A stretch of DNA of 64,000 nt from Eledone cirrhosa (Eukaryota). A program made the position numbers and the translations under genes. Positions within the stretch are counted from its first letter, which is position 1; each line of letters opens with the position of its first letter. The stretch lies in assembly GCA_964016885.1 (NCBI GenBank), contig OZ024743.1, forward strand, positions 194,060,001-194,124,000, given 5' to 3'. Shown here piece by piece: positions 1 through 13,681 of the stretch. The notes beneath the pieces were generated by a model that did not search any database, had not been told where the DNA came from, and saw only the letters and a program-made list of their open reading frames with translations.

Positions 1-85
1 AAATTTATAAATTTATTATAATAAATTGAAGTGAAAGTAAATGGTGCCTGTGTATCTTATTGGCAACATGACCCTCCCAAAGTAT

Positions 86-93
<8 letters not shown>
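1..93 (+). mobile_element. 3' end of Penelope-like pLTR running into (TA)n
   Basis: ttattggcaacatgaccctcccaaagtataacaat matches the pLTR downstream of the GIY-YIG ORF at 49492-49526. Confidence 0.85.
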
Positions 94-160
<67 letters not shown>

Positions 161-749
161 TATATATTAAAAAACAATGGTAATAAATGAAACAAACAAA
201 ACACAGGGGGCAATTTTACACATATATATTAGGTTCACTCTTAGAGGAAGTAGAAAAGGTTTCGATGTTTCGGACTGATGTCCTTCTTATATATTTATGT
301 AAACAAAACATTAACACACAGGTAAATCATATCCGAAGCCACTTATAATAACTGCTATGCTTCAACAGTTTAGAAATTTTAAATCATGCGTCCATGATTT
401 CCTACCACACCCATGATAATTTACGAGCAATGCTAAAAAGGTGACCAATGCGACGACATTAATATAATCATTCTGATTCTGAAAATGCTGCCGTAAAGGC
501 CTCCATACTTTAAGACACAGAGATTTAGGAATGTTACTCTTCTACAATAAACAGAGTAAACACAAACAAAAATCGTCAATAAAAAATGACCAAACTAGAG
601 TTCAGTTGTCATTTTTCAATATAACATATTTGAGATAAAAGCTGTTCTCTACATACACATGCATGCATACTCCCCCCCCCCATATATATATATATATATG
701 TGCACGTGGCTTAGTGGTTAAAGAGTCAGATTTACAATATTGGGGTGAA

Positions 750-1365
750 AGTAGATGAAACGACCCCAGTGCATTACTGGTACTTTATGTTATCGACCCC
801 GTAAGAAAGAAGGGCAAAGCTAACCTCGGCAGGATGTGAACTCAGATCGTATGGGGCGTAACCTTATGCTATAAAGCATTTGGTCCAACGCTCTACCAAT
901 ACTGCCACCCACCGCCCTTCTACTATAGGCAAATGGCCAGTTATTTGGGGAGAGGGGAAAGACAATTAATTCGACTCCAGTGCATTACTGGTACTTTATT
1001 TTATCGACACCGTAAAGATGAAAGATAAAGTTAACCTCGGCGGCATTTCAACTCAGATCATAAAGGGCCGTAACTCTATGTTGCAAAGCATGGTGTCCGA
1101 CCCTCTACTGATACTGCTAATCCCCCGCCCTTTTCTTGCACTAAATAATAGTTTCTCATTTAGGCACAAGGCCAACAATTTGGGGAAGGCGAAAATCGAT
1201 TAAATCGACCCAGTGCGTGACTGGTATTTTATTTTATCGACCCAGTAAGAATGAAATGCAAAGCTAGCGTCGGCGGGATTTGAACTTAGAACGTAACGGG
1301 CCCTAACTCTATACTGCAAAGCATGGTGTCCGACGTTCAACCGATACTGCTAATCCACCACCCTT
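750..1365 (-). mobile_element. Three head-to-tail tRNA-derived SINE copies
   Basis: Repeated ttatcgacccc-gtaag-atgaaa-caaag-aacctcggc-ggatttgaactcag; reverse strand gives pol III A box (tggcagtatcggtagag) and B box (gagttcaaatcc); central part resembles the Nin/Deu SINE domain. Confidence 0.85.
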
Positions 1366-2608
1366 TTCTTGCACTGAATAATAAAAATACAAACATTTCA
1401 ACAAAGGGTAAGAAATCTGTTAAGCCATCATATGCTTAGGTCGAAATTTACCAGTGAAAAACCATGACTCCAATTCTATCGTTTAACACAACCCCCCCCC
1501 CCCCCGCGCTTCCTGTTCTCTGTAAAGGTTTATCTTTTTACCACATCTCCTATCGTTATTTTACAGTTACCGAGAATCGAATAACTACACATTTGTTTAA
1601 TTATTTACAACTTTAAAAAACTGAAACCATTTTTAATACGTTATAACTGGGTATAATGTTACTGTGTCTATAATACAATAACAAACATATTCGTTTGTAG
1701 CTTCACATTCGTCAGCATATTGCTTCATTATCGTCAACTATTTCACTATCTCTCACCTTTTAATAGCTTCAGGGTTAACGATATTTTTCTTCTAAGATTT
1801 CCAGAATTTGTTAGATTCTCACATGTTTAACACAACAGGTGGTTTAAAAACACTAGTTCTCAAACTAGGGAAAAACTCATTCAAGGAAAACTAAATGTAT
1901 ATTGGGAAATATAAGAATAAAAATATAATATATAATAATATATAAAATATATAATAATATATAAAAATGAAAATACTCGAACGGTATCGCAATATTTTTG
2001 TTTCAAACTTTGAAAGGAGGAAAAAAAATACAAAAAACAAAAGAAGACTAACAACAACAACAAAGAATACATTTCAAGTGTGGCGGATAAATATTTTTCG
2101 TAGATAATTAGATTGGTTGGCTCAATTTCAGCTTTCTTTTATCGTGAAATATTCTACAATCTCCTAATTGCACGTTATTTTATGTCAGGGGAGATGAAGT
2201 TAAAAAAAAAAGACATACACGTTCCCACACACACAAAAAACACACAATACACACACACTCATGCACTCACATTCACACAATAACGCAGATATGTATGCAT
2301 ACGCATGCACACGCCTGTGAGAATGTGTATTTATATGTACATTTTTTTCTACATCTGTTGCTGATATCGTTATAAGTACAAAAACATATAGCTGAGATGA
2401 TATTCAAATTTACACAAATTTACCAAAAAAGAATCAATTCATGCATACATAAATACATAGGTATGTTTAAATGCACATAGGCGCACACAAATACACACAT
2501 ATATACGTACACACCTATATATAGGCACACTAAAACACATAATTCTCTCAGTGATTCACAGGTATATATATATATATATACATACATACATACACACACA
2601 GACATATA

Positions 2609-2658
<50 letters not shown>

Positions 2659-2688
2659 TACATATACATATATATTTTTATATATATG

Positions 2689-2736
<48 letters not shown>

Positions 2737-2766
2737 TACATATACATATATATTTTTATATATATG

Positions 2767-3600
<834 letters not shown>

Positions 3601-4019
3601 AGACAGAGATATGGTGAGGGCGTACATACGCTCTCTAACATGAATATACATATACATATGTGCGCGCGCGTGCGTGTGTGTGTGTGCGTGTGTGTGTGTG
3701 TGTGCAGGTTAGAACGACACGGTAGAGAAGTTAGTGTAAAGTAACGATTGCAAAAGAGTAGTTTATGATTTTACCTTATATTTTACGGTATTTTGGGGTT
3801 ACGATCCTTTCTCTCAAAAGAAAGGTAATGGTGTTTGATGGGGACTATATTGTATAGTATCAACAAGTGCGAGAATTAGAACTCAATACCACAGTAGCAA
3901 TCACAAGTTCTAGTCAATATTGAGTTAATCTGGAGATTCTAGTACGCCTTCACAGGATCATAAGCTGACGACTTTATAAACACGCAGCCCATTGCCAACA
4001 AATACACATACAGACAGAC

Positions 4020-4163
<144 letters not shown>

Positions 4164-4185
4164 GTATATACATACATATGTATAT

Positions 4186-4300
4186 ATTAGAAGGAGTCAG
4201 GGCACGACGGCTGAGCTCTTTCCGTGGCACTCCGACCCTTTTTAATGTAGTCACATTCTACTATCCCATGTATCAAGTACTCTGTTGAATTATCGCTTCT
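4186..4300. mobile_element. Diverged fold-back pLTR derivative (same family as 37573 and 59131 elements)
   Basis: Hairpin around gacggctgagctc; tail ctactatcccatgtatcaagtactctg matches reverse complement of 59172-59200. Confidence 0.6.
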
Positions 4301-4639
4301 AGAATGAGGTGTTTTAAATGATATTTTTAAATTTCTTCCCCCACCCCTCTCTCTGTATATATATATATACATATAAAATTAGAATTGGTGCTCTGAAATA
4401 GCGATGCATACATGAATATTTATATAGTATATTTGGCAATATACTGTATGCTTAATTAAAAACATTTTGAAGACCTTGCGCTATTATTTTAAAGTAGTGA
4501 CTATGTCACTTACTTCTTTTTATATAACAAGTTGACGGGACTAGCATGGGTATCACTGCTAGGACCGGTTGCACTCCAGCTTATTGAATAGGCAATGTTA
4601 AATAAATCCCAGAGTATACTCATAGTTATTCGCTTAAAT

Positions 4640-4985
4640 ACAACGCACAGGTACCTTCAATTATTCCCGAACTCAAGTTTCGGCCACACTTAATGCAGCA
4701 ATAGAGTGTACAGCATCCTCTCTCCGCATATATTATGCAGCAATGCACAATCGGCGCATGTGGCTTCATCAGTGGGTTTCGCCTAATCAATAACCAATCG
4801 ATCGACAGAATTCGACTCCAGTCCGTGTCGGCTATGACGGCCAGCACAGTAAAACGTTAGCGAGTAGAATCTCTACGCCTCACAATGCCATCCCCTGATT
4901 GGCTACCGATTGAGGATTTTACGTGATTGCAGGAGACGAAATTCAAATAGTTCCGCTCCCGCCATAAGCACTCAGCCAAAATATC
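4640..4985. promoter_or_regulatory. Candidate CpG-rich promoter with CCAAT boxes and E2F/CDE-CHR-like motif
   Basis: CCAAT at 4794, ATTGG at 4898; minus strand TGGCGGGAGCGG-aacta-TTTGAA at 4942-4964; unique CpG-rich sequence in AT-rich context. Confidence 0.4.
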
Positions 4986-5052
4986 TCAAACACAAAGTTA
5001 GCGAAAAATTGGATAGTAGAAAAATTCAGTCTCCAATCGCTGTACAATAATA

Positions 5053-5117
<65 letters not shown>

Positions 5118-5124
<7 letters not shown>

Positions 5125-5310
5125 TAGTCGGGGATCAACGGCTGGTTTCTTGCCGTTTTGACAGCAAGTCCCAGGGTCTGGAACTAACTGTCGAAACGGC
5201 AAGTGCTCAGCCGTCGAGCTACGAACCTTTCTACTATAGTCACAGGCAACTAATCCAAGCATCGAATACTCTGTTTAATAATGGTCTAACTAGTATAATG
5301 GGGGTTTAAT
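5118..5310. mobile_element. Diverged fold-back pLTR derivative in (TA)n
   Basis: Imperfect hairpin acggctg..cttgccgttttgacag / ctgtcgaaacggcaag..cagccgt; homologous to 37650-37762. Confidence 0.65.
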
Positions 5311-5554
5311 TTTCACACACACATTTACACACACACTAACACACACACACATATATATATATATATATGCACACACACACACATATATATATATATATAC
5401 ACATTCCTTTAATATGACTTTAATCTTTGTATGTAAATTGCCATGCTATATTATTATAATGGATGTCAACCAACTGTGCATCAATATATACATATGTTTC
5501 TGTATGTCTCTTGTGTTGGAAAGGAGGTCAAGTATGTAAAAAATCATTGAAAAA

Positions 5555-5603
5555 TTGCTCCGAAGACACCAAACCTCGGTTTGGAAGAAACAATTGTAAG
5601 CGA
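5555..5603 (+). ncRNA. Type I minimal hammerhead ribozyme (U4C core variant)
   Basis: ttgct-CCGAAGA-ca-ccaaac/gtttgg-aa-GAAA-caattg-TA-agcga; stem I ttgct/agcga, palindromic stem III ACAATTGT, GUA site, followed by AATAAA. Confidence 0.7.
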
Positions 5604-5944
5604 ATAAATGGTTTAAACAGAACTTTGATTCATGTAATTTCTATATACACATATATATGTATATATATACTATATGTTGATTATCATATACGATTTATAT
5701 ATTTATTGATATTTTAATATTTAATATTTAATTACATATTTATATTTTCTCTCTTGCTTTGGACCAATAATTATGATAAACTACGTAATTATCAAGTCTT
5801 GTTAAAATATTTTTGTTTTCAAAGTGAAAATACAATAAATATTTATACTCCAAATGGAATATAGAGAAAAAGAGAAAAAGACTTGTTAATGAGAACATGG
5901 TTATTCTCATTTAAATTACACAACGCATGATACAATTGTTTCTG

Positions 5945-6153
5945 CTATAGACACATACCCACAATTTGAAGGGGAAGGGAAAGTCGATTAAATCGACCTC
6001 AGTCCATTACTGGTACTTTATTTATCGACCCCGTAAGGATGAAAAGCAAAACTAACCTCGGCAGGATTTGAACTCAGACCAGAAAGGGCCGTAACTCTAT
6101 GCCATGAAGCATGATGTCGGATGCTCTACCGATTCTGCAAATCGACCACCCTT
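5945..6153 (-). mobile_element. tRNA-derived SINE
   Basis: Same consensus as 750-1365. Confidence 0.85.
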
Positions 6154-6551
6154 CAACGTATAACATAATGTTGTTTTCTGGTAGGTTCATCGTCGATATC
6201 TATGATGATCATTCACTAGGTCGATGTGTATTCTATTGACGTGTGACAGCCGTTAATACTTACATTACCATATTTCTAATGAAATACACTCTATTTCAAT
6301 TAATTATATAATTAATTAAAAATTTGTATTGGTGTTCCGAAATAGTGATATCCAAGGCGGGAAGATATGTAATCTTGATAACCACTTTTAAGTCAGAAAC
6401 TGTGGCATCGTCGATTACTTCCCCTTGCTTTCACTGAAGCTAGGTATGTAATGATCGTTCCAACTTTAACATTTATAGCGAAAGGCCTTCCAAATGTTTT
6501 TCATAAACATCCCGTATATTATTAAATATACAATGCGTACATTATATATGC

Positions 6552-6733
6552 TGGATTGGCAGTATCGGTAGAGGGTCGGACGCCATGCTTTCCAGCATAG
6601 TTACGTCCCTTTACGATCTGAGTTCAAATCCCGCCGAGGTTGACTTTGCCTTTCATCCTTACGGGGTCGATAAAATAAAGTACCAGTAATGCACTGGATA
6701 ATTGCTGGCCTTGTGCTTAAAGTAGAAACAATT
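6552..6733 (+). mobile_element. tRNA-derived SINE (young variant)
   Basis: ggattggcagtatcggtagag...gagttcaaatcccgccgagg...gtcgataaaataaagtaccag; nearly identical to 30357-30533. Confidence 0.88.
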
Positions 6734-7164
6734 ATATATGCTTGCATTAATATTTTAGAAGGATTTGCTAAAGTTATGTACACTTTATAGAATACTATAT
6801 ATTCTCAAGAGTTCTAGTGAGTGAATCGCGAGAGAATTTAAGTGAAAGATAGGGGATAGGGGAGAGGGGAGAAAGGGAAAAGGGGAGTGAGGGTGAGTGA
6901 GAGAAATAGAAATAAAATATCTGACTGCAAAAACTGGATTGTTATTTCATTTATTGATTCTAAAATTATGAAAGGCAAAATTGACTTTGCTGAAATTTGA
7001 ACTAAGAGATTCGTATCGAAGTATTCTAGCAATGGTACCACTAGTCCGCCTTCCAATATTTAGTATAAAAACAACCTGAGTTACACACATACACACACAC
7101 ACACACACGAGCCCACACACGCACGCACAAGCATATATATATATATATATATGTATACATATGC

Positions 7165-7560
7165 TTCGTTTTGGAATTTGTTTTGCGCGAGATTTCTTAT
7201 CTGAAATCGTGTGTTGAAACAGATATTGTTATACTTTTTATTTTGGTGGCGGTGGTGGTTATACTTTGGGAGGGTCATGCTACCAATAAAAACACACTTC
7301 AATTTTTCACTTCAATTTATCATAAATTTACGGTTGGCTGGTTGGTTCGATAACCGGAAGGTTGTTTATATATTGTCGAAGCTCTTTCGTCGCACATTCT
7401 CTGACCTCCCCAGTGACTAGGTTTTTATTTTGCGTCTCTTCTTTGTTCTGTCCGACACCATCTTGTTTTTGTGTGCTGTGTGTTGTGTGCTTAGTTTGCG
7501 CATCCGAGTGTGTGTGTGTTTATTTACTTGTCACTAGTTGGTTGTTTGTTTTCTGTTTAA
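7165..7560 (-). mobile_element. Degenerate Penelope-like solo pLTR with decayed hammerhead
   Basis: Homologous to 43860-44317; hammerhead core mutated (CTGGGGA) at ~7373-7418. Confidence 0.8.
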
Positions 7561-7678
7561 TTGGCTTGCGTAAGCTCATGCAGCGCTCGCGAAATATTTG
7601 CACTCTACTAATGTATTGAGTATCTTACCTACTGTGGTTATCCGCGGTTGAACCCGAACCCCCCCCCCCCCACACACA

Positions 7679-7715
<37 letters not shown>

Positions 7716-8189
7716 ACACACACATATATATATGTATACATATATATCTATCTTATATAAATGTATATAGATGTATACACACACACACATATATATATAT
7801 ATATTTATATATATGTATATATGTATATCTGTATATATGTATATATGTATATATGTATATATGTGTTTGTGAGGGGGTGGGGTAGGGTGTTTCTGAACAT
7901 GATGTATTACATTTTTTCTCATAAACTACTCTAGAGATCTCTCTTTTCCATGATCTTCATTTTCTTTTTGCTTACTAATAGCTTCTATAAAGCTATGGTA
8001 ACTATACCAGTATTTTCTCTTTATTCTTGAAATTCTGAGATGTCATAAATGGCCCTTCACCAATGCTCATTTCTCACAAGAATGACGGCCACAGAGGCGG
8101 TGCAGATATAGAAATGCTTAACAAAACCAAATTACAAATTCTTCTGCTTGTCAAATTACCATTAGGCATACAAATCTTGATAATCCTCA

Positions 8190-8770
8190 TGGTGTTTTTG
8201 ATGATGATGGTGGTAGTGATGATGATGTTGGTGATAATGTTGATGATGGCGATGATGATGATGTTTATGATGATGATGGTGATGATGATGTAGATGATGA
8301 TGGCGATGATGGTGTTGACGATGGATATAGTGAAGGTGATGATGATGTTGGTGATAATGTTGATGATAGTGATGATGTTTATGATGATGATGGTGATGTT
8401 GATGATAATGATGATGATGGTGATGATGGTGATGATGATGGGTATAGTGATGATGACGATGTTCGTCATGACGGTGGGGATGATGATGGATGTAGTGATA
8501 ATGACTATGTTGACGATGATGAGTGTAATGAAGATGATTATGATGATGATGATGATGATGATTATGGTGATGATGATGGTTAAGATGATGGAGTTAGTGA
8601 TGATCTCGATGTTGATATGATACTGCTGCTGCTGCTGATGATGATGATGGTGATATTAATGATGATGTTAATGCAGAAGCTGTCTATACTGCTGCTCAAG
8701 ATGTTGAAAGTGTGGTGGTGGTGGCGGTGGTGGTGGTGGTGGTGGTGGTGGTGGTGGTGGTGGTGGTGGG
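8190..8770. repeat. Degenerate (GAT)n and (GGT)n simple repeats
   Basis: Direct inspection; source of Met/Ile-rich pseudo-ORFs. Confidence 0.95.
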
Positions 8771-8894
8771 GACTCTAATGACTTTGCGGTTCTATCGACT
8801 TTTCTGGCAATATCAAAATATTCGTATTATAGTTATATATATATATATATATATATATATAACGAAATAAATGTGATATATATACATATGTCCC

Positions 8895-8949
<55 letters not shown>

Positions 8950-9013
8950 GTCCCAAGGCTCCGATACCATCAACACCATAACACACAGAGCTGGCATATC
9001 TAAGAACTGACTG

Positions 9014-9069
9014 ACTGCCTGATGAGGTCATAGCCATTCAATGGCTATCATCGAAATATATATAACAGT
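9014..9069 (+). ncRNA. Type I hammerhead ribozyme
   Basis: actgc-CTGATGA-ggt.atagccat/atggctat.atc-GAAA-tatata-TA-acagt then AATAAA; stem I has one mismatch; sits in a ~170 bp insert between (TA)n tracts. Confidence 0.75.
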
Positions 9070-9111
9070 AAATAAAGTATTATGAGTTCATGCAATTGAC
9101 TTATGTTTCGT

Positions 9112-9150
<39 letters not shown>

Positions 9151-9155
<5 letters not shown>

Positions 9156-9941
9156 GAAAGGTATAGAAATTGTTTTAGTGAGAAGCTAACAGTATTCCAT
9201 AACATATATGCGACTATGTCGTCAAGATGGGAAAAATAGTTAACGTAAGATGTAGGAAAAATAATTCAAACTCATCTCAAAAGAGAATTAGGATACAAAT
9301 TCATCCACAGAATTTAGTGAAATCCAGGGAAAAATCAATAGACCCTTAACTCATGATAAAATAAAGTTTAAAATACTTATCCTTCAATTTGGAAAAACAT
9401 CAAATGCTCTGTATAGTCTTAAAGACTATTTCATGAAAACTTTCAGTGGAGATGGTCATGGTTGGATTTCAATCGTCAGCAGAGCTCAACAGATAACCAG
9501 GGCTCCCACAGAATTATAGGGCAAAAAGGGAATTCTAAAACTGGCTAGTTCACCATCATGCGTGATTATGAAAAACGCACATGAGGAAAAACAGGGCTAG
9601 TGACGTCAGGATGAAAATGAATGTTTGTTTACAAGAAATAACAGTCAAGTACATTCCGAAAAAAAACTCTACAAAGGGAGTTCAGCAAACAGCAATATTA
9701 TCGCAGTTTTTATAAAAAAACCGGGATTAGTCACAGATAATTTAAGCACTCAAGGAAAAAAATCCGAGTATAAATATAAATGAAAGGTATAGAAATTGTT
9801 TTAGCGAGAAGCTAACAGTATTCCATAACATATATGCGACTATGTCGTCAAGATGGGAAAAATAGTTAACGTAAGATGTAGGAAAAAATAATTCAAACTC
9901 ATCTCAAAAGAGAATCAGGATACAAATTCATCCACAGAATG
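9151..9941. repeat. ~790 bp element with ~165 bp terminal direct repeats
   Basis: 9151-9313 nearly identical to 9777-9941 (taaatgaaaggtatagaaattgttttag...caaattcatccacagaat). Confidence 0.85.
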
Positions 9942-10010
9942 TATACACGTAGCTAAGTATATATAAACACGTAGATAAGTATATATATACATATATATAT
10001 ACACACACAC

Positions 10011-10066
<56 letters not shown>

Positions 10067-10414
10067 CTTTCTTTATTAACCACAAGGGTTTACATAAAGT
10101 AGACATTAAGGACAGTGCAGGAAAATACAGGACGGAACAAATGGGCATTTCTGCGTGTAAAAAAACAAAACAAAAACAGAGGATGTAACAAAAAAATAAC
10201 AATGAAAAATTCCCCAATAGGGGGGGGGGGGACTTCGGAGGGACATTTGTAGAGAAAGCCCATTAAAAGGCCACAGTGATCCTGACCACCAGGGCAAGTG
10301 CCCTCTCCCAGTTTTCCACCTTTAATTTGGAATTAATTAAGGTGCCTGATCATCGGAGCGCGTCCCTGCCATAAAAAGCGAAAGAGTAAACGCTCCAGCG
10401 CAGTCAGGCGGGGC

Positions 10415-13400
10415 TTAGGACACCTCCGCTCGACCTTTCAGGGATAGCTTCCTCTCCGCCCATCTACTCAGAGTAGGCCCATTCACTCGGGCCATACTTG
10501 CTTCTCTCACCCATCTTTCAACAAAATGCTGGGAAGAGAGCACTTCCCTCTCTACCCTGATTTTCCTTTTCAAATGAAATTTGAAAAAGTCAATCAGGGC
10601 ACCACCGAAGAGGTAAGTGCTCGTCTTCAGCCCTTTCAAACGTGTCCACCATACTATCTCTTTCGCCATGGCCACCAAACAGATAAAAACTGCCTGCCAT
10701 TCCCGGCTAAAGGAAGAGGGCGGCACAATCCTCACGATGGACTCAGCTGATATCCGGATCCGTCGTACACGCGACAGCAGGTGTTCGACATAAATCCACA
10801 ATTCAGCAATTCTCGGACACTGGACGAGTGCGTGCATGACGGTTTCGTCACCCTGCGCGCATCTCGGACATGCCCGGCTGACGGCACCTCCATGCCGGGA
10901 GAGTTTATCCCGAACTGGCAAGGCTCCTCTGGATGTTGTCCATAGGCCCAAGCCCGAAAGTTCTTCCGAAGAGATTGGCTAGTGGATTTTCGTCGTGGCC
11001 TAGAGTTTCCCCAAGTACGTCGTCGCTCTTCTGCTCCAATAATCCTCTATAGAACGCCGAGGTGGAGTTTACATCGATCACATTGCCCGATTGGTCGAGC
11101 GTTGTGAGCGCCTGAAGACATTCCAGTCTCCAAGCGCTCCCTCTCGGTCTTCGCTTGACCTAGGACTGCAGCTCCGTCAAGGAAACGATCTGGGGAAAGA
11201 CGTGTCTAGCAAACGGCGACCACCCCTGATCACCATCGAGGAAGAGGTGGAGATGTCGTGGCCTGAGCGCGTGTCTGCGCATCATCAGCCACGGCATGCC
11301 CAGCCCTCCAGGTAGCGGGTGTTGACAACAGATGGACCGCCTGATCATCGGAGCGCGTCCCTTCCATAAAAAGCGAAAGAGTAAACGCTCCAGCGCAGTC
11401 AGGCGGGGCTTAGGACACCTCCGCTCGACCTTTCAGGGATAGCTTCCTCTCCGCCCATTTCTGGGTGAGAGAAGCCACCCTGCTCGTCACCTCGTCCCAG
11501 TTTTTGTCCGTCTGGAGATCAGGACCGAACCAGACCCCTAGTAATTTAACCGGTCCGTCCGTCCAGCGCCCGACGACGCTGTTGGACGTCATGGACCTGC
11601 CTCTCCAGGTGCCGAGCTGCAGGCCCACTGACTTTTCCTGGTTGATCATTGCTCCTGTCACCGCTTCGTATTCTCTTAGTGTAGTGCCGATCGCCTCGAT
11701 GTGTTTGGCGTTCGACACCACTACGGTGACATCGTCCGCATATGCTGACACGGATCTTCCGCATCCTAGTTCGCGCGGGACCCCCCTCAACGTCTCCAGT
11801 TTATGCAGTAATGGCTCGAGAGTCAATACGTACTGGAGGGACGAGATGGGACATCATTGGCGGACCGAGCGCATGATGTTGAACATTTCCTAAAGGTGAC
11901 TGTTCACTCTCACCACAGAGCAGATGTCGCTGTGCATGGCAGCGATCCAGCGTCTGAAGACCGGCCCAAAGCCAGCCGCCTTCAGAACTGCCGCTAGGTA
12001 ACGATGGTCGACCCTATCGAAAGCTTTCGACTGATCTAAATTGATCAAGGACCCACCTGTGCCAGGTTCCCTAGCTACCCTCTCTACGATGTATCGCATG
12101 AGGTGGAGGTTGTCATGGATGGATCTGTCGGGAATGGCGCATGTCTTCGCCTCTCCCACCAGACCACCAGCGACAAGCGCCAACCCCTTTGCTAGCACCT
12201 TGACCAAAATCTTGAACTCTGTGTTTAGCAGAGTTATGGGCCTGAAATTATCTATGTTATCCAATTTGTTCGGATCCTTTCTCAGCAGCGCCAACGCTCC
12301 TCGGCTCACAGAGCTGGGAATTCTCCCGTTCTGTTGCCAGTTGCAGTAGACGTCCGCCAAGAGGCCTCCGAACAAGTCTGGCATCTGTACGTAAAGTTCA
12401 TAGGGCTGACCATCCAAACCAGGCGATTTACCTCTTGTGCAGCCAGTCATTGCCTCCCGTACCTCAGCGGCTGTTATCGGCTTTTCGCAACATTCCGCCT
12501 CAGTGGTCGAGTGCCGCGACAGTCCGTCGAGGTAGACACTAAAGTCCATCCCTCGATCCGGCCCGCCGCTGTCCCCGCACAGTTGAGCGAAGTGTCGCTG
12601 AAAAGCTTCACACATTTGCCCGGGATCGAGTAGCATGCGCACGTCGTGGTCCACCAAAGATCGGATCGTGGCTTTGTTGCCACGACGCGCCTCCGCCACT
12701 CGGGCCCATTGAACGGCTTTCGTCCCCTCGTGTCTGAGAGCACGCACTCTATCTCTGACAACGCATCCCTCTGCTCTATTTTTCTCTATAGCTAAAGCCT
12801 TACTAAACCTAATGGACTCTATTCTAATCGCTCTTTTTAGAGCAAACCACCACTTGTTGTTGACGATGGTCCCCGTCAACGCTCGCTTAACTAGTCGCTA
12901 ATCCGGTCTCTGTAGGCCTTGCGCGCTGCTAAGGACGAGTTTAGCTTCCTGTAGCCGGGTCCTCGTCTATGAAGCCTATCTAAGTCAAGCACACAGATCA
13001 CGAATTTGTGGTCCTATAGCTGACTATCTTGAATTGTGGACAGCTTATGCTAGACCTATCTATTTCCCTACAAAATACTCTATCTAGTTATGATCTGGAT
13101 GACCCGATGCGATTTGTCCAAGTCCACATTGGCACATTCGGGAAATCCAATCGGTACCTGTCAGACAGTTCAAAACGCCTGAGCAGGTTGGTGAGGCTCT
13201 TGCACCCTCCTCCCTTATCCGCTAATCCCACACAGTCCCAGCGTGCATCTAAGATGCCGTTCCAGTCGCCCACTAACACTAAAGAGCGGGACGTTCCTAG
13301 AAAGGTCTGCAGATGCCGGAAGAAATCAGGCCGCCCTGCTCCTGTCGGGGCATAGACGGCCACTAGCCTGAAAGCTTGCCCTTCTCCGTTGGTCACGTCC

Positions 13401-13681
13401 AGCACCACCAACTTACTTTCTGGGTCCAGGAAGATGGCCCGTATGTCGAGATCCAAACCGAAAAAGCACAGCAACTCCACCCGCCGATCCAGGACGGCTG
13501 GGAGATGCGTACACATCGTAGCCGCCGAAGATCGGTCGGAGGCTCGTGCTTCGGAGATTCTGGTCTCGCTGATCGCCACTACATCTATGTTTAGTGACCT
13601 GAGGTCGTTGAGCAGGTGACCCTGCTTCCATGACGACCCCAAGCCACGCGCATTTATGCTGCCTATTCTGAGTGAGGTCAT
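10415..13681 (-). pseudogene. Tx1 copy A ORF2 (APE endonuclease + RT + C-terminal Cys-His motif), frameshifted
   Basis: SINARGL, SET, VYAP, GDWN (APE); KSPGLDG, FRPITLLN, LDQSKAFDRV, YADD (RT); CPRC..ET..HALVQC. Confidence 0.93.

Noticed and set aside
255-290. Minus-strand AGAA-ggac/gtcc-GAAACATC hammerhead-like motif
   Set aside because: CUG of the core and stem I are missing; at best a truncated relic
1757-1864. Minus-strand exon-like segment with good splice sites (also ~31184-31236)
   Set aside because: Stops in all three frames; may be UTR or non-coding exons but unsupported without transcripts
6552-6640. tRNA gene
   Set aside because: A/B boxes belong to the SINE head; no cloverleaf, continues into the SINE body
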